Shown: piece by piece, positions 37,675 through 46,078 of the stretch
How positions within the stretch are numbered: the first letter of the stretch is position 1
Layout of the letters: each line of letters starts with the position of its first letter
IMG/VR virus record: IMGVR_UViG_3300018065_000012
Length of the DNA: 64,000 nt
DNA from: a virus
Lineage: Duplodnaviria; Heunggongvirae; Uroviricota; Caudoviricetes
Reading direction: 5' to 3' (one strand)
Notes under the pieces: model-generated
Database searches by the model: none
Seen by the model: only the letters and a program-made list of their open reading frames with translations
What the model was told of the DNA's origin: nothing
Made by a program: the position numbers and the translations under genes

Positions 37675-37721
37675 TGACAATATTGTCACAATGTTGTCAA
37701 AACCTTATCACAATATTGCCA
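37675..37721 (+). promoter_or_regulatory. operator-like cluster: perfect 14-bp palindrome TGACAATATTGTCA plus two related half-site repeats, overlapping a TTGACA -35 box
   Basis: TGACAATATTGTCA (37675-37688), CACAATGTTGTCA, TCACAATATTGCCA (37708-37721), immediately upstream of RBS AAAGGAGAAATATCATG of gene 37735. Confidence 0.45.
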
Positions 37722-37734
37722 AAGGAGAAATATC

Positions 37735-38010
37735 ATGGAACAGAAAGTAATTGAGACAATTGAACGCGACCCAAAGGTTTACGAGCGGATACAAGAAGTC
37801 AAAAAGGAAATCAAAAGGCTTGCTGAAATTCAGAAGAAGCAGAAAGGATGGTTGCGAACGCCACATCATTTGATTAAGGAGAAATTTGGAGAATATTCGA
37901 GCGTCTTGCAGTTTGAGACGTTCAAGCGTGCTGGAAAACTCACAAGGTTACACATCGAATACAACCAGTTGCGGGGAAAGCCGTGGGACATGCATATGTG
38001 TAAAAATTGA
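37735..38010 (+). CDS. hypothetical protein
   Basis: Strong RBS. Confidence 0.4.
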   Translation: MEQKVIETIERDPKVYERIQEVKKEIKRLAEIQKKQKGWLRTPHHLIKEKFGEYSSVLQFETFKRAGKLTRLHIEYNQLRGKPWDMHMCKN

Positions 38011-38030
38011 GAATTTTAGCAAAAAACGAG

Positions 38031-38070
38031 CCTCCCGTTTGTATAATATATGAGCGGGAGGTTTTGTTTT
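38031..38070 (+). terminator. hairpin CCTCCCG-N17-CGGGAGG followed by TTTTGTTTT, with a TTGTATAAT motif in the loop
   Basis: Rho-independent terminator-like structure 20 nt after the stop of gene 37735-38010; the T-run overlaps the TTG start at 38069. Confidence 0.4.
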
Positions 38071-38308
38071 GCTGACCAAGCGGATTTGCAAACGTTGTAG
38101 TACAGAAACATTGTGGGCGAAGGAGCGAAGTTACGTTTGGACAGATGAGGATGAATCGTTTTGGGAAGGTGATAAAACGGTTCGGTGTCCTTATGCTAAT
38201 TCTGACCCTTCTTCTCCGCTTTGGGAATCAATATCCATTGAGAAGTCTCCACCAAAAGAATGTCCTTTTTCTTTGGAACACTTAATGGAGGAGCGACGTG
38301 GCGAATAA
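38069..38308 (+). CDS. CPF-LEH family small Cys-rich protein (TTG start)
   Basis: LLTKRICKRCS ... PPKECPFSLEHLMEER. Confidence 0.45.
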   Translation: MLTKRICKRCSTETLWAKERSYVWTDEDESFWEGDKTVRCPYANSDPSSPLWESISIEKSPPKECPFSLEHLMEERRGE

Positions 38309-38750
38309 CTATCTCCAATTTTCTGAGCATTTGGAATTGCCAAAAGGCCACGAAGCCAGATCAGAGAAAGTCCTATCACGCCTCAAAATGCTGAACGATG
38401 AGCTTTATGATGAAATGGAAACGGACTCAAACGAGGATGTCGAAGCTTATCCAAGCGATGAAGACAAAGAAGCATTGCCTGATGGATTTTATGTTCAAGC
38501 CGAAACAGATGAAAAAGGCGTCTGGTTTTATTCAGAAGAAAGTGGCGACTTAGAAGCAGTGTTTTACACTGCGCAATTGTTGTTGAAAGAGTTTGATATC
38601 AAAGAACCTTTTGTTGTTTCGTGGGCCTATACTTGTAGCAAACCGCGCATTAGTGAATTTGGCGGTGGCGCTGCTGCAATTTATCAAGACAACATTATTT
38701 CCATTGACGCAAGGGAACACATTGAAAAACTTGTCAATAGTAAAAAATGA
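38298..38750 (+). CDS. acidic hypothetical protein
   Basis: GTG start overlapping the previous stop. Confidence 0.4.
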   Translation: MANNYLQFSEHLELPKGHEARSEKVLSRLKMLNDELYDEMETDSNEDVEAYPSDEDKEALPDGFYVQAETDEKGVWFYSEESGDLEAVFYTAQLLLKEFDIKEPFVVSWAYTCSKPRISEFGGGAAAIYQDNIISIDAREHIEKLVNSKK

Positions 38751-39171
38751 AAACGTCGCAAAAGAATTTCTGCGCAAGGTAGGAAATCATCTCAAGCGAT
38801 TAAGAAAAGAAAAAGGAATGACACAGGTACAGATTGCAAAGATGTTCGGAATATCGAGTAGCACAATCAGTCGTTGGGAAAACCAATGTAACATTCCTAT
38901 TGCTGAGATGGATAAATGGTTAGCCGTGTTTGGAGACAAACTTGTTGTGTCGTTTGAAAAAGAAGGATCATTGAAGGCTGATCGGAAGATTTGTACCAAG
39001 TGTGAAAATTCTTATTGTCCAATAAAGCCAGAGGAAAAAACAGTAGGGTTGGTCATCCAGCACACTGAAGTTCCAGAGCAATGCCCATATGAACTCGAAC
39101 ATTTGATGAGTACGCAGAAACATAATCCGAGCGTTGACAAAGGGATACAAGAGAACAAGAAAAAAGTTTGA
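38722..39171 (+). CDS. XRE-family HTH domain fused to C-terminal CPF-LEH module
   Basis: HTH: LKRLRKEKGMTQVQIAKMFGISSSTISRWENQ. C-terminal module: RKICTKCENSYC ... PEQCPYELEHLMSTQ. Start is a TTG at 38722 or 38731 (uncertain). Confidence 0.45.
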   Translation: MKNLSIVKNENVAKEFLRKVGNHLKRLRKEKGMTQVQIAKMFGISSSTISRWENQCNIPIAEMDKWLAVFGDKLVVSFEKEGSLKADRKICTKCENSYCPIKPEEKTVGLVIQHTEVPEQCPYELEHLMSTQKHNPSVDKGIQENKKKV

Positions 39172-39237
39172 TACTTGACCATATAATAGGACAGGTGACT
39201 TATTTCATACAAACGTAAAAAGAAACAGAAAAAGTCC

Positions 39238-39861
39238 ATGAAGTTTCCCGATACGCAAAGGACTGCGGAACACGAGATGGTACGATTGCGCATGAATTCT
39301 ATTTCTTTGCGCAAAAATGTAGGACTGTTTCCAAACCCAGAAGAGGCAACCAAAGAACCAACGCGGAAGCAAAAAATGAAGTTGATGTTGCTCGACCGCG
39401 AAATCGACCGTTTCTGTAAACGTCTCTTTGCTCATCCTTATTTTTCTTACCGGATGATTTCTTGCGTTATCGATGTTTGTGGAAATGTTAAGTCTTGTGA
39501 AAGTTGCGTCACCGAGACCGAAGAAATAATTGAGAAGGTTGAGACGTTTGAAGAAATGGACGAACTGATTTCACGTTATGGGTCTTTGCCTGTTGAGGTG
39601 AGCAAGACAATCAGGAGAGCAGGTTACTCAATTACAGAAAGTGGAGTGGGGAGTTGTGGCTGGCATCTTGGAATCCCTTGCTCCGAACCGCAAGGACATC
39701 ATTTGTGTGATTTGCTTCATTGGCGTTTCAATCAGGCGATCAAAGCTGGAATGGTGGAAGTGTTGCGGCATTCTTGTCGTCCTCAATTTCCGCACCTTTG
39801 GACGGATGATCATGTGTTGGAATGGATAAAGGAAAACGGATTGCCCGATGACCGGCGATGA
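39238..39861 (+). CDS. hypothetical Cys-rich protein
   Basis: ORF only. Confidence 0.4.
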   Translation: MKFPDTQRTAEHEMVRLRMNSISLRKNVGLFPNPEEATKEPTRKQKMKLMLLDREIDRFCKRLFAHPYFSYRMISCVIDVCGNVKSCESCVTETEEIIEKVETFEEMDELISRYGSLPVEVSKTIRRAGYSITESGVGSCGWHLGIPCSEPQGHHLCDLLHWRFNQAIKAGMVEVLRHSCRPQFPHLWTDDHVLEWIKENGLPDDRR

Positions 39862-40205
39862 AAACTAAGAAACGAAAACGTAAGAGGGGTTCAAAAACAG
39901 AGTGCAAAAAATGCGGACGTTGCTGTTACTTCAAAACGACAGTAAATGGCGTTCGAGTATTCACAAACAAATCATGCCTCTATCTTAATCGCGATACAAA
40001 CCTTTGCACAGTGTATCCAAACCGATTCCGCGCTGGAGTTGGCTGTTTACCGATAAAGGAAGCAATTGAGAATTTTGGCGTGCCGAAGGATTGTGCGTTT
40101 GTTTCTCATTTGCCCCATTACAAAGGAGTAATTACGGCAAAGGAAGCTTTTGAAAAAGGCTTGATTGATGAAAGTGATTATCGCAGGCTCGCGGAATTGC
40201 CTTGA
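39858..40205 (+). CDS. YkgJ-family (CxxCxxCC) cysteine-cluster protein
   Basis: ECKKCGRCCYF ... SCLYLNRDTNLCTVYPNRFRAGVGCL matches the PF03692-type zinc/iron-chelating motif. Confidence 0.45.
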   Translation: MKTKKRKRKRGSKTECKKCGRCCYFKTTVNGVRVFTNKSCLYLNRDTNLCTVYPNRFRAGVGCLPIKEAIENFGVPKDCAFVSHLPHYKGVITAKEAFEKGLIDESDYRRLAELP

Positions 40206-40518
40206 TTATGAATTGCTCTGTGAAGCGATCAAAGAGTCAAAGTTTGAAATTACAGAAGTGGTTAGTGGTTGTGCCGCTGGAGCGGATACAATGGGGATTC
40301 GGTGGGCTGTGGAAAACAAGATTCCAGTTAAGAAATTTCCCGCTGAATGGTCGAAGTATGGAAAGCAAGCAGGTATGATACGTAATCGAGAAATGGCGTG
40401 GTATGGAGATGCCTTGATTGCGATTCATCTTTCGGGTTCTCGTGGAACTGCTGATATGATAAGGGTTGCGAAAAAGCAAGGGTTGAAACGGTATGTGAAA
40501 GAAATGAAGATTTCATGA
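40168..40518 (+). CDS. SLOG/DUF2493-like Rossmann-fold protein (DprA/LOG-related)
   Basis: MKVIIAGSRNC ... VVSGCAAGADTMGIRWA ... GMIRNREM ... HLSGSRGTADMIRVA pattern. Confidence 0.45.
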   Translation: MKVIIAGSRNCLDYELLCEAIKESKFEITEVVSGCAAGADTMGIRWAVENKIPVKKFPAEWSKYGKQAGMIRNREMAWYGDALIAIHLSGSRGTADMIRVAKKQGLKRYVKEMKIS

Positions 40519-40567
40519 AATTCATTTCGGAGATTCATCAATTTTATCAAAAATCTTTGTTGTTCAG

Positions 40568-40576
40568 TTGTATAAT
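40568..40576 (+). promoter_or_regulatory. TTGTATAAT promoter motif
   Basis: TTCAGTTGTATAATTATACATG, 5 nt before ATG 40582. Confidence 0.4.
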
Positions 40577-40581
40577 TATAC

Positions 40582-40995
40582 ATGAGAATATGGCCCCCGA
40601 ATTACCAGAATGTTAAACCGACGATGCGTCCAGCGGATTTGATCCGAGATATTAAGGAGCGACGAAAGATTCCGTTATCTGCTCGGATTTGCACCAAATG
40701 TCAGCATCAAATAACTGGCGACAGGTGGGGCGACGAAGGGCATTCTTTTTATTGTACCGTTGGCGATATTGATGATGAGTTGGGATTTCAAAGAGTAATT
40801 GGGGAAGTCGACCCCGTAACAATGAAGGTTACAATCAACGCTTGCGGCATCCCGCAAAATTGTCCTTTTCAGTTGGAACATTTTATGCATTTTGAAAGTA
40901 GGAAACAGAGAAGGAAGAAAATGACGTTTTGGCAGCGTATTTTAGAAACGTTGAAAAACAGGCGTGACAAAGATTACACGCCGGAGAAAGAATGA
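40582..40995 (+). CDS. CPF-LEH family protein with N- and C-terminal extensions
   Basis: ARICTKCQHQ ... PQNCPFQLEHFMHFES. Confidence 0.4.
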   Translation: MRIWPPNYQNVKPTMRPADLIRDIKERRKIPLSARICTKCQHQITGDRWGDEGHSFYCTVGDIDDELGFQRVIGEVDPVTMKVTINACGIPQNCPFQLEHFMHFESRKQRRKKMTFWQRILETLKNRRDKDYTPEKE

Positions 40996-41288
40996 ATCCA
41001 TTGCCGCCCAGAACAGTAAAGCTTTCAAAGGTGGTTTGCAAAAGCTGCATCAATCATTGTAGGTGTGGTGTTTTGGAAAAAGCAAACGAAGGAACTTATC
41101 TTCATAAAGAACCATGGAGCAAAAGAGATGATAAACTTTGGGATGATCCAAACTTGCGGGTAGTTTATTGTCCTATAACAACTATAGAAACAAGTTTGTA
41201 TATGGAACCGCCAGTGAATTGCCGATTTCGTTTAGAACATTTGATGGAGACTCAAAATGTTCAAGACCGTGTTGGTCAACGCAAGTAA
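40992..41288 (+). CDS. CPF-LEH family small Cys-rich protein
   Basis: KVVCKSCINHC ... PVNCRFRLEHLMETQN. Confidence 0.45.
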   Translation: MNPLPPRTVKLSKVVCKSCINHCRCGVLEKANEGTYLHKEPWSKRDDKLWDDPNLRVVYCPITTIETSLYMEPPVNCRFRLEHLMETQNVQDRVGQRK

Positions 41289-41463
41289 CGCTTATTGCCG
41301 CCTTTGCGACCCTTACAATCGGACGGAAAAAAGTGCGTTGAAAAGAGGAACTCGTGCGGTACAAATTGAAATGCTGCATTCTGGTGGCCTTGCAAGTTCA
41401 ATGATTTGTTTTAAGTGCGCAAGCGCAGTGCATGGCGAATTGAACGAAGTGGTTGGCGATTAA
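41257..41463 (+). CDS. small Cys-containing hypothetical protein
   Basis: ORF overlapping neighbours; weak. Confidence 0.25.
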   Translation: MFKTVLVNASNAYCRLCDPYNRTEKSALKRGTRAVQIEMLHSGGLASSMICFKCASAVHGELNEVVGD

Positions 41464-41464
41464 A

Positions 41465-41680
41465 ATGACATTGGTCAAACGGATTTGTCAAAGATGTACG
41501 ATGAATGTCCTCGGTAATGAATGGTCTGAGGCTGACCACGAGTTTTTTGATGAAAACAAAGAAGCTTGGTGCGATGTATGTGAGTTTTGGGTATCAACGA
41601 AAGAGGCTCCTCCGCAGAAATGTCCTTTTACCCTTGAGCACTTGATGGAGTCGCAAAAATGCAAGCCAAAGAGAAAATAA
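41465..41680 (+). CDS. CPF-LEH family small Cys-rich protein
   Basis: MTLVKRICQRCT ... PPQKCPFTLEHLMESQK. Confidence 0.45.
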   Translation: MTLVKRICQRCTMNVLGNEWSEADHEFFDENKEAWCDVCEFWVSTKEAPPQKCPFTLEHLMESQKCKPKRK

Positions 41681-41862
41681 AGATTTGCAAGAAGTGTAAG
41701 CATGTTCGCAGGTTATTTCGGGGCGATAAGCCGTTGGATTTGATTTGCAAGGTTGCATTTTTGGACGATGATGAATATCGCATCAAGGAAGAGAATTTTG
41801 TTCCCCCGAAAGAATGCCCCTACAGGCTTGAGTTTGTTATCAAAGAAGCATCGGTGGTTTGA
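41659..41862 (+). CDS. CPF-LEH family small Cys-rich protein
   Basis: KIKICKKCKH ... PPKECPYRLEFVIKEA. Confidence 0.4.
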   Translation: MQAKEKIKICKKCKHVRRLFRGDKPLDLICKVAFLDDDEYRIKEENFVPPKECPYRLEFVIKEASVV

Positions 41863-41866
41863 GCCA

Positions 41867-42034
41867 ATGACAAAGCGAGACATATGCAAAAAATGCAGGG
41901 CTTGGGATTTTTGGTTTACAGGCGACAATGGAGAGAGTAAAAAGGAATGTATTTTTGAATTGGGCATGGAAGTAGGCGGTAAGAAGAAATGCTTTTATGA
42001 GCTTGAGATTTTGATGGTAGAACAGAATGCTTGA
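41867..42034 (+). CDS. CPF-LEH family small Cys-rich protein (short)
   Basis: MTKRDICKKCRAW ... KKKCFYELEILMVEQ. Confidence 0.4.
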   Translation: MTKRDICKKCRAWDFWFTGDNGESKKECIFELGMEVGGKKKCFYELEILMVEQNA

Positions 42035-42230
42035 CAAGGATGTTTGCAAAGCGTGTTTTAAGGAAGAAAGTCAACCAATGTTTCCACAAGAGGAATGGTT
42101 TGCTGGGTTGTTTTCTTGTCCACCGGGAATCAGGATTGGAATGGCTATTGTTGAAAAAGAACCACCTGAAAATTGTCCTCGTAAAAATCAACATCGGCTT
42201 GAAGGGGCTGATGACAGTCATAAATCGTAA
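42027..42230 (+). CDS. CPF-LEH-like divergent member
   Basis: MLDKDVCKACFKE ... PPENCPRKNQHRLEG (C-terminal motif degraded). Confidence 0.35.
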   Translation: MLDKDVCKACFKEESQPMFPQEEWFAGLFSCPPGIRIGMAIVEKEPPENCPRKNQHRLEGADDSHKS

Positions 42231-42254
42231 GGGGATTGTAGGAAGGGGAACGTA

Positions 42255-42425
42255 ATGAAATTTGACGCAACTGTTGAGTGGGTAATGGCTGTTCGGCTTA
42301 AAGTCGAAGCGGAAAGCGAAGACGAAGCCAGAGAACAGCTTTCAGTAGAGAGCGGTTTGCCAAAAAATGGAGAGTACATCCCCGGTAGTTTTAGAGTGAC
42401 ATTTATAGAGCCGGAGGGTTAATCA
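42255..42425 (+). CDS. small hypothetical protein (56 aa)
   Basis: ORF below the track threshold; RBS AGGAAGGGGAACGTAATG. Confidence 0.3.
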
Positions 42426-43267
42426 TGTCTACAATAGCTCAAAAAATCAAAAAGGGAAGTTATTCAAGGACACGGGCGTTAAAGCAACATGGGTTTCATA
42501 TTACTATGGAAGGATACAAAGAATTAGCAATAACAAAGGACATCATAAGTAGAGCATTGAAGGTTGAGAAGAGATGGAAAAAAACTGAACATACATTCAA
42601 AGATGAAGACAAACTATTTTCTTTTATCATTGGCGAAGCCTTCTTGGAAGTTTACAAAAGCGCAAGACGCGTCGGGTTGGTGAAACAAGTGTTTGACAAA
42701 ACGACAAAAGAAGGCACAAAACGTTTTAAGCTAATGTCGAAAAGACGTGAAATAAAGCCAAGACCGGAGCACTTGGGAAGCATTGCTGTAAAATATGCAA
42801 ACAACGATGCTGACTACTATATTTTTGCAAGCGCGATTGTTGACAAGACGCGAGACAGAGAAGACCCTAAAGCATATCAAGCTTGGCTTTGTGGGCACCT
42901 CCCGAAGCAAGAGTTTCATCGACTACAAAAGTTCTTTCCAAAAGATTCATATGATTCATCAAATGGTTATCGCACAAGGACGGACTGTTATTCAGTCTCA
43001 TATGAGAATATGGAAAATTGGAAGCGGAAACATCTCATAACGTTGAGCGATGAAGAACTGATTTTACAAGCAGCTACAGACGCAACAGAAAACGAGCAAG
43101 TCACTATTGATGAAATTTCTGAAATGACCGGAATTCAAAAGATGAAGGTGTTGAAAATATGTAGAAGTATGAGTTGGGCGCTTCAAATCAACAACAAAAC
43201 TTTTGAAGTTACCGCGACAGATCAGGGAATTTCAGCTGCGTATGATCCCAATTGTTGGGAAGGTTAA
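42425..43267 (+). CDS. hypothetical protein (280 aa)
   Basis: RBS GGAGGGTTAATCATG. Confidence 0.4.
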   Translation: MSTIAQKIKKGSYSRTRALKQHGFHITMEGYKELAITKDIISRALKVEKRWKKTEHTFKDEDKLFSFIIGEAFLEVYKSARRVGLVKQVFDKTTKEGTKRFKLMSKRREIKPRPEHLGSIAVKYANNDADYYIFASAIVDKTRDREDPKAYQAWLCGHLPKQEFHRLQKFFPKDSYDSSNGYRTRTDCYSVSYENMENWKRKHLITLSDEELILQAATDATENEQVTIDEISEMTGIQKMKVLKICRSMSWALQINNKTFEVTATDQGISAAYDPNCWEG

Positions 43268-43965
43268 TGAGCAAGCTTCAGTTTGATGAAAAGACACATA
43301 CGTACAAAGTTGATGGCGTCAAATATGCTTCCGTTACGACTGTCGTGAAAAAATGGTTCCAGCCGTTCAATGCTCCAGTTCAGGCAGCAAGATACGCGGC
43401 CAAACATGGTAAGACGGCAAAGCATTGGATGAAAGAATGGCAAAAGACAGCCGTGTTCGGAACGCGCATTCATTCTTTTGCAGAGAAGTTTTTGAAGGAG
43501 AGGGTTTTTCCAAAAACATCTGATCAACGGGAAAGACGCTTCCAAGAGCATATCGGTCGGTTTGTCGAAAAAGAAATATGGGGAGGATTTGAAGTTGTTT
43601 TCATTGAGCATAAGACGTTCAGTGAAAAACACCATTTGGCTGGAACCGTTGACCTTGTCCTGAGAGATACAGAATCCAATGGTTTGCTTTTGGCAGACTG
43701 GAAAACGAACAAGCAGATCAGACAATGCAATACTTGGGCTGCTGGTTTCAAAGAACTGTCTCACTTGGACGATTGCAATTATGTTCACTATTCGTTGCAG
43801 TTGAATTTGTATAGGGCGTTGCTCAATATAGAATTTCCAAACTCAGGGTACGATACTGCTACGATGGCATTGCTTCATCTTACGGAATTGAAAGGGGTAA
43901 ATATATATAAAGTGTTTCCAATGGAAACGGAAGTTGCCTCAATTTTGAAAGAGTTGGAATGTTAA
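43267..43965 (+). CDS. PD-(D/E)xK nuclease superfamily protein (Cas4/RecB-like fold)
   Basis: HTYKVDGVKYASVTTV; D..(E/D)xK-like TVDLVLRD ... LADWKTNKQ; QxxxY-like YSLQLNLYRALL. Confidence 0.5.
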   Translation: MSKLQFDEKTHTYKVDGVKYASVTTVVKKWFQPFNAPVQAARYAAKHGKTAKHWMKEWQKTAVFGTRIHSFAEKFLKERVFPKTSDQRERRFQEHIGRFVEKEIWGGFEVVFIEHKTFSEKHHLAGTVDLVLRDTESNGLLLADWKTNKQIRQCNTWAAGFKELSHLDDCNYVHYSLQLNLYRALLNIEFPNSGYDTATMALLHLTELKGVNIYKVFPMETEVASILKELEC

Positions 43966-44423
43966 GTAAATTGGTTTGTGAGAAATGCGCAGAACGGAAA
44001 AAGCTGTATAAAGAGGAAGCAGATGAATATTCCTACGGCGGCTCAAAAGTTCCCTCTTTTGATGGCGCTTGGAAAACGATGAATATAGTTGTTTGTCCGG
44101 TTGTAGAAAAGCTTGAGGTTTCTAAAGGGCCAAATTGGGTAAGATATCAATTGCCCATAACGTCTGCTTGTCCGCCAGATTGTTTCTATCAGCTTGAGCA
44201 ATTCATTGATAATACGCCAGAAGAGGAAACGTTAAGAAGTCGTATTCACGTTGCTTCGCTTGGAGAAGTTCTTTCAGAAAAATGCGAAGAGTGCAAAGGG
44301 ACGTTCCATTTGCAAAGGACGCGAAGAAAACATTATTTGTGTTACAAGTGTAATCAGTGCGGGAAAATGTTAGCAGTTGATCAAAGGACCGGAGAGTTAA
44401 TAAAAAGGAGAATTCGTGGGTAA
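43959..44423 (+). CDS. CPF-LEH module fused to C-terminal zinc-ribbon extension
   Basis: MLSKLVCEKCAER ... CPPDCFYQLEQFIDN then CEECKG ... CYKCNQCG. Confidence 0.4.
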   Translation: MLSKLVCEKCAERKKLYKEEADEYSYGGSKVPSFDGAWKTMNIVVCPVVEKLEVSKGPNWVRYQLPITSACPPDCFYQLEQFIDNTPEEETLRSRIHVASLGEVLSEKCEECKGTFHLQRTRRKHYLCYKCNQCGKMLAVDQRTGELIKRRIRG

Positions 44424-44784
44424 TTTCATTTTCAAAGTCGTAGGAGAATATCACGATAGTAAAGGAGCGTTCATCCGAGAGAATGAAATCATAAGCGGGA
44501 AAAAACCAGATGATTTCCCGCGTTTCACAGGACAAATTCAAGTGATGTTTGGAACGCCAGCAGGAAATATCCCCCATACAGTGAACTTCCCAATTTCAGC
44601 GGGGAATATAGAAGAGGCGTTCCGGAAGTTTGAAAAAGAGTCTAAAGAGGCGATAGCGGACGCGGCAAAGAACTTTGAGGCTCAGCTTAGAGAGAGAATG
44701 GCAAGCCGACCTAAAGTTCAAGCTCCGCCACCCGGTTTGAACCTCAAGGACTTGCCGCCACACAAAGGAAGAATAAAGCAATGA
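44416..44784 (+). CDS. hypothetical protein
   Basis: ORF only. Confidence 0.4.
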   Translation: MGNFIFKVVGEYHDSKGAFIRENEIISGKKPDDFPRFTGQIQVMFGTPAGNIPHTVNFPISAGNIEEAFRKFEKESKEAIADAAKNFEAQLRERMASRPKVQAPPPGLNLKDLPPHKGRIKQ

Positions 44785-44929
44785 AGAAAAGTAAGTTCGC
44801 ACAGTCAACCGAAAACAAAAAACGGTATGTTTACAAAGCAAACAATTGGGAGTATGAAATTTTTTGCGAGGACATTGCGAAGTTTTGTAGAGAAAACAAG
44901 CTTGATATCAAGAATGCAAAGTTGCTCAA

Positions 44930-45172
44930 ATGAAGAAAAAAGCGTTGATTGTTTGTAAGTATTGTTTCGCGAAAAGGGTGCTTGAAAAGCCGCCCAAGAA
45001 TGGACTTGAAGCAGCATTTACTGAGCAAATGTTAACATGGGAACCAAAAGAGAAATCTTTTATGGCACCTTGTTATTGTAAGTTGAAACCGACTGAAGGT
45101 TTTAATGAGAAAAAAGCGTTGCCGAAAAAGTGCCCTTACTCAACCGAGCATGTAGTGGAATTGAAATGTTGA
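44930..45172 (+). CDS. CPF-LEH family small Cys-rich protein
   Basis: ALIVCKYCFAK ... PKKCPYSTEHVVELKC. Confidence 0.45.
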   Translation: MKKKALIVCKYCFAKRVLEKPPKNGLEAAFTEQMLTWEPKEKSFMAPCYCKLKPTEGFNEKKALPKKCPYSTEHVVELKC

Positions 45173-45366
45173 GTAAATTGGTTTGCAAAAAATGTCAGGA
45201 GAAGTTTTTCAGGACTGTTTACGTTGGGTTTTTTGATCACAGCGTTGTTCAATGCCCGCATCCTGCTCTTGGAAAGTTGGGGATTTGTGTTGGGAGAGCA
45301 ATTAAGGCGAAACCACCGCCTAAGTGGTGCGGGTATAGTTTGGAGCATTTGCTATGCCGAAAATAA
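45166..45366 (+). CDS. CPF-LEH family small Cys-rich protein
   Basis: MLSKLVCKKCQEK ... PPKWCGYSLEHLLCRK. Confidence 0.45.
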   Translation: MLSKLVCKKCQEKFFRTVYVGFFDHSVVQCPHPALGKLGICVGRAIKAKPPPKWCGYSLEHLLCRK

Positions 45367-45683
45367 CATTAGAGTTTTTGAAAAAGGAAATCAGAAGGCT
45401 TGATTCTAACGTTGAGGAAGGTTCCGATGATTTCAAAACCGCATTAGTATTGCTGGCGTCATTGGTAGTCGGTCCAAATATTAAGAAAATAGCTCACTTT
45501 GTAAAGTTGCCAAGGAGTTATGTCGGAAAGATTTCAAAACGTATGAGGGAAAACAAGATTTGGAAAGGTACGGAAACCTATTGTGATAACTGGTTCAAAA
45601 AGAAAGAAGGCGTTGTTGCTTTCTGGCTTGATGTATGCGTTGCTCTTGGCCATATGAAACGTGAGAAAAGAGCGGTAAAATAA
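45354..45683 (+). CDS. hypothetical protein
   Basis: ORF only. Confidence 0.35.
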   Translation: MPKITLEFLKKEIRRLDSNVEEGSDDFKTALVLLASLVVGPNIKKIAHFVKLPRSYVGKISKRMRENKIWKGTETYCDNWFKKKEGVVAFWLDVCVALGHMKREKRAVK

Positions 45684-45709
45684 TCACTTTTGCAAGGAGG
45701 GTTTGAGTA

Positions 45710-46066
45710 ATGAGCGACTTGACGGAGAAGTTTGATGCGATCAAAAACGAAGTCGAGGACATGATCAAGAAGTGGGCAGAGATTAAGCCTGAAGGAATCA
45801 AAGGATTTTTTGAGTTTCTGTATGCAATCACCAGTGACTTGATCGAATTGGTCGAAGTGTCTACGGAAGTTGTCAAGACAAACAAGAAGGAAACAGTGGT
45901 CGCGGCATTCAAATATGCCTATGATCAGATCAACCCCGACATCCCGTGGGTGCCGGAATTTCTCGAAACCAAGATTGAAGCTTGGCTTTTTGACGCTGCT
46001 CTTCCAACATTCATTGATTGGCTTGTTTCCAAGTACAATGAAAAGGGAATTTTCAAGCATGCGTAA
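45710..46066 (+). CDS. hypothetical protein
   Basis: RBS GGAGGGTTTGAGTAATG. Confidence 0.4.
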   Translation: MSDLTEKFDAIKNEVEDMIKKWAEIKPEGIKGFFEFLYAITSDLIELVEVSTEVVKTNKKETVVAAFKYAYDQINPDIPWVPEFLETKIEAWLFDAALPTFIDWLVSKYNEKGIFKHA

Positions 46067-46078
46067 TTGAGTCCCACC

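Noticed and set aside
37639-37677. Micro-ORF MVFW-TAG-MQCRSPP with strong RBS just after the tRNA-like gene
   Set aside because: Only 12 codons with an in-frame TAG at codon 5. Could be a leader peptide sensitive to amber suppression, but too short to call. Kept as a note under the tRNA-like finding.
39165-39195. TTGATACTTGACCATATAAT promoter-like sequence upstream of gene 39238
   Set aside because: Both -35-like and -10-like hexamers are present but with non-canonical spacing (they abut). Not the recurrent TTGTATAAT motif, so not reported as a feature.
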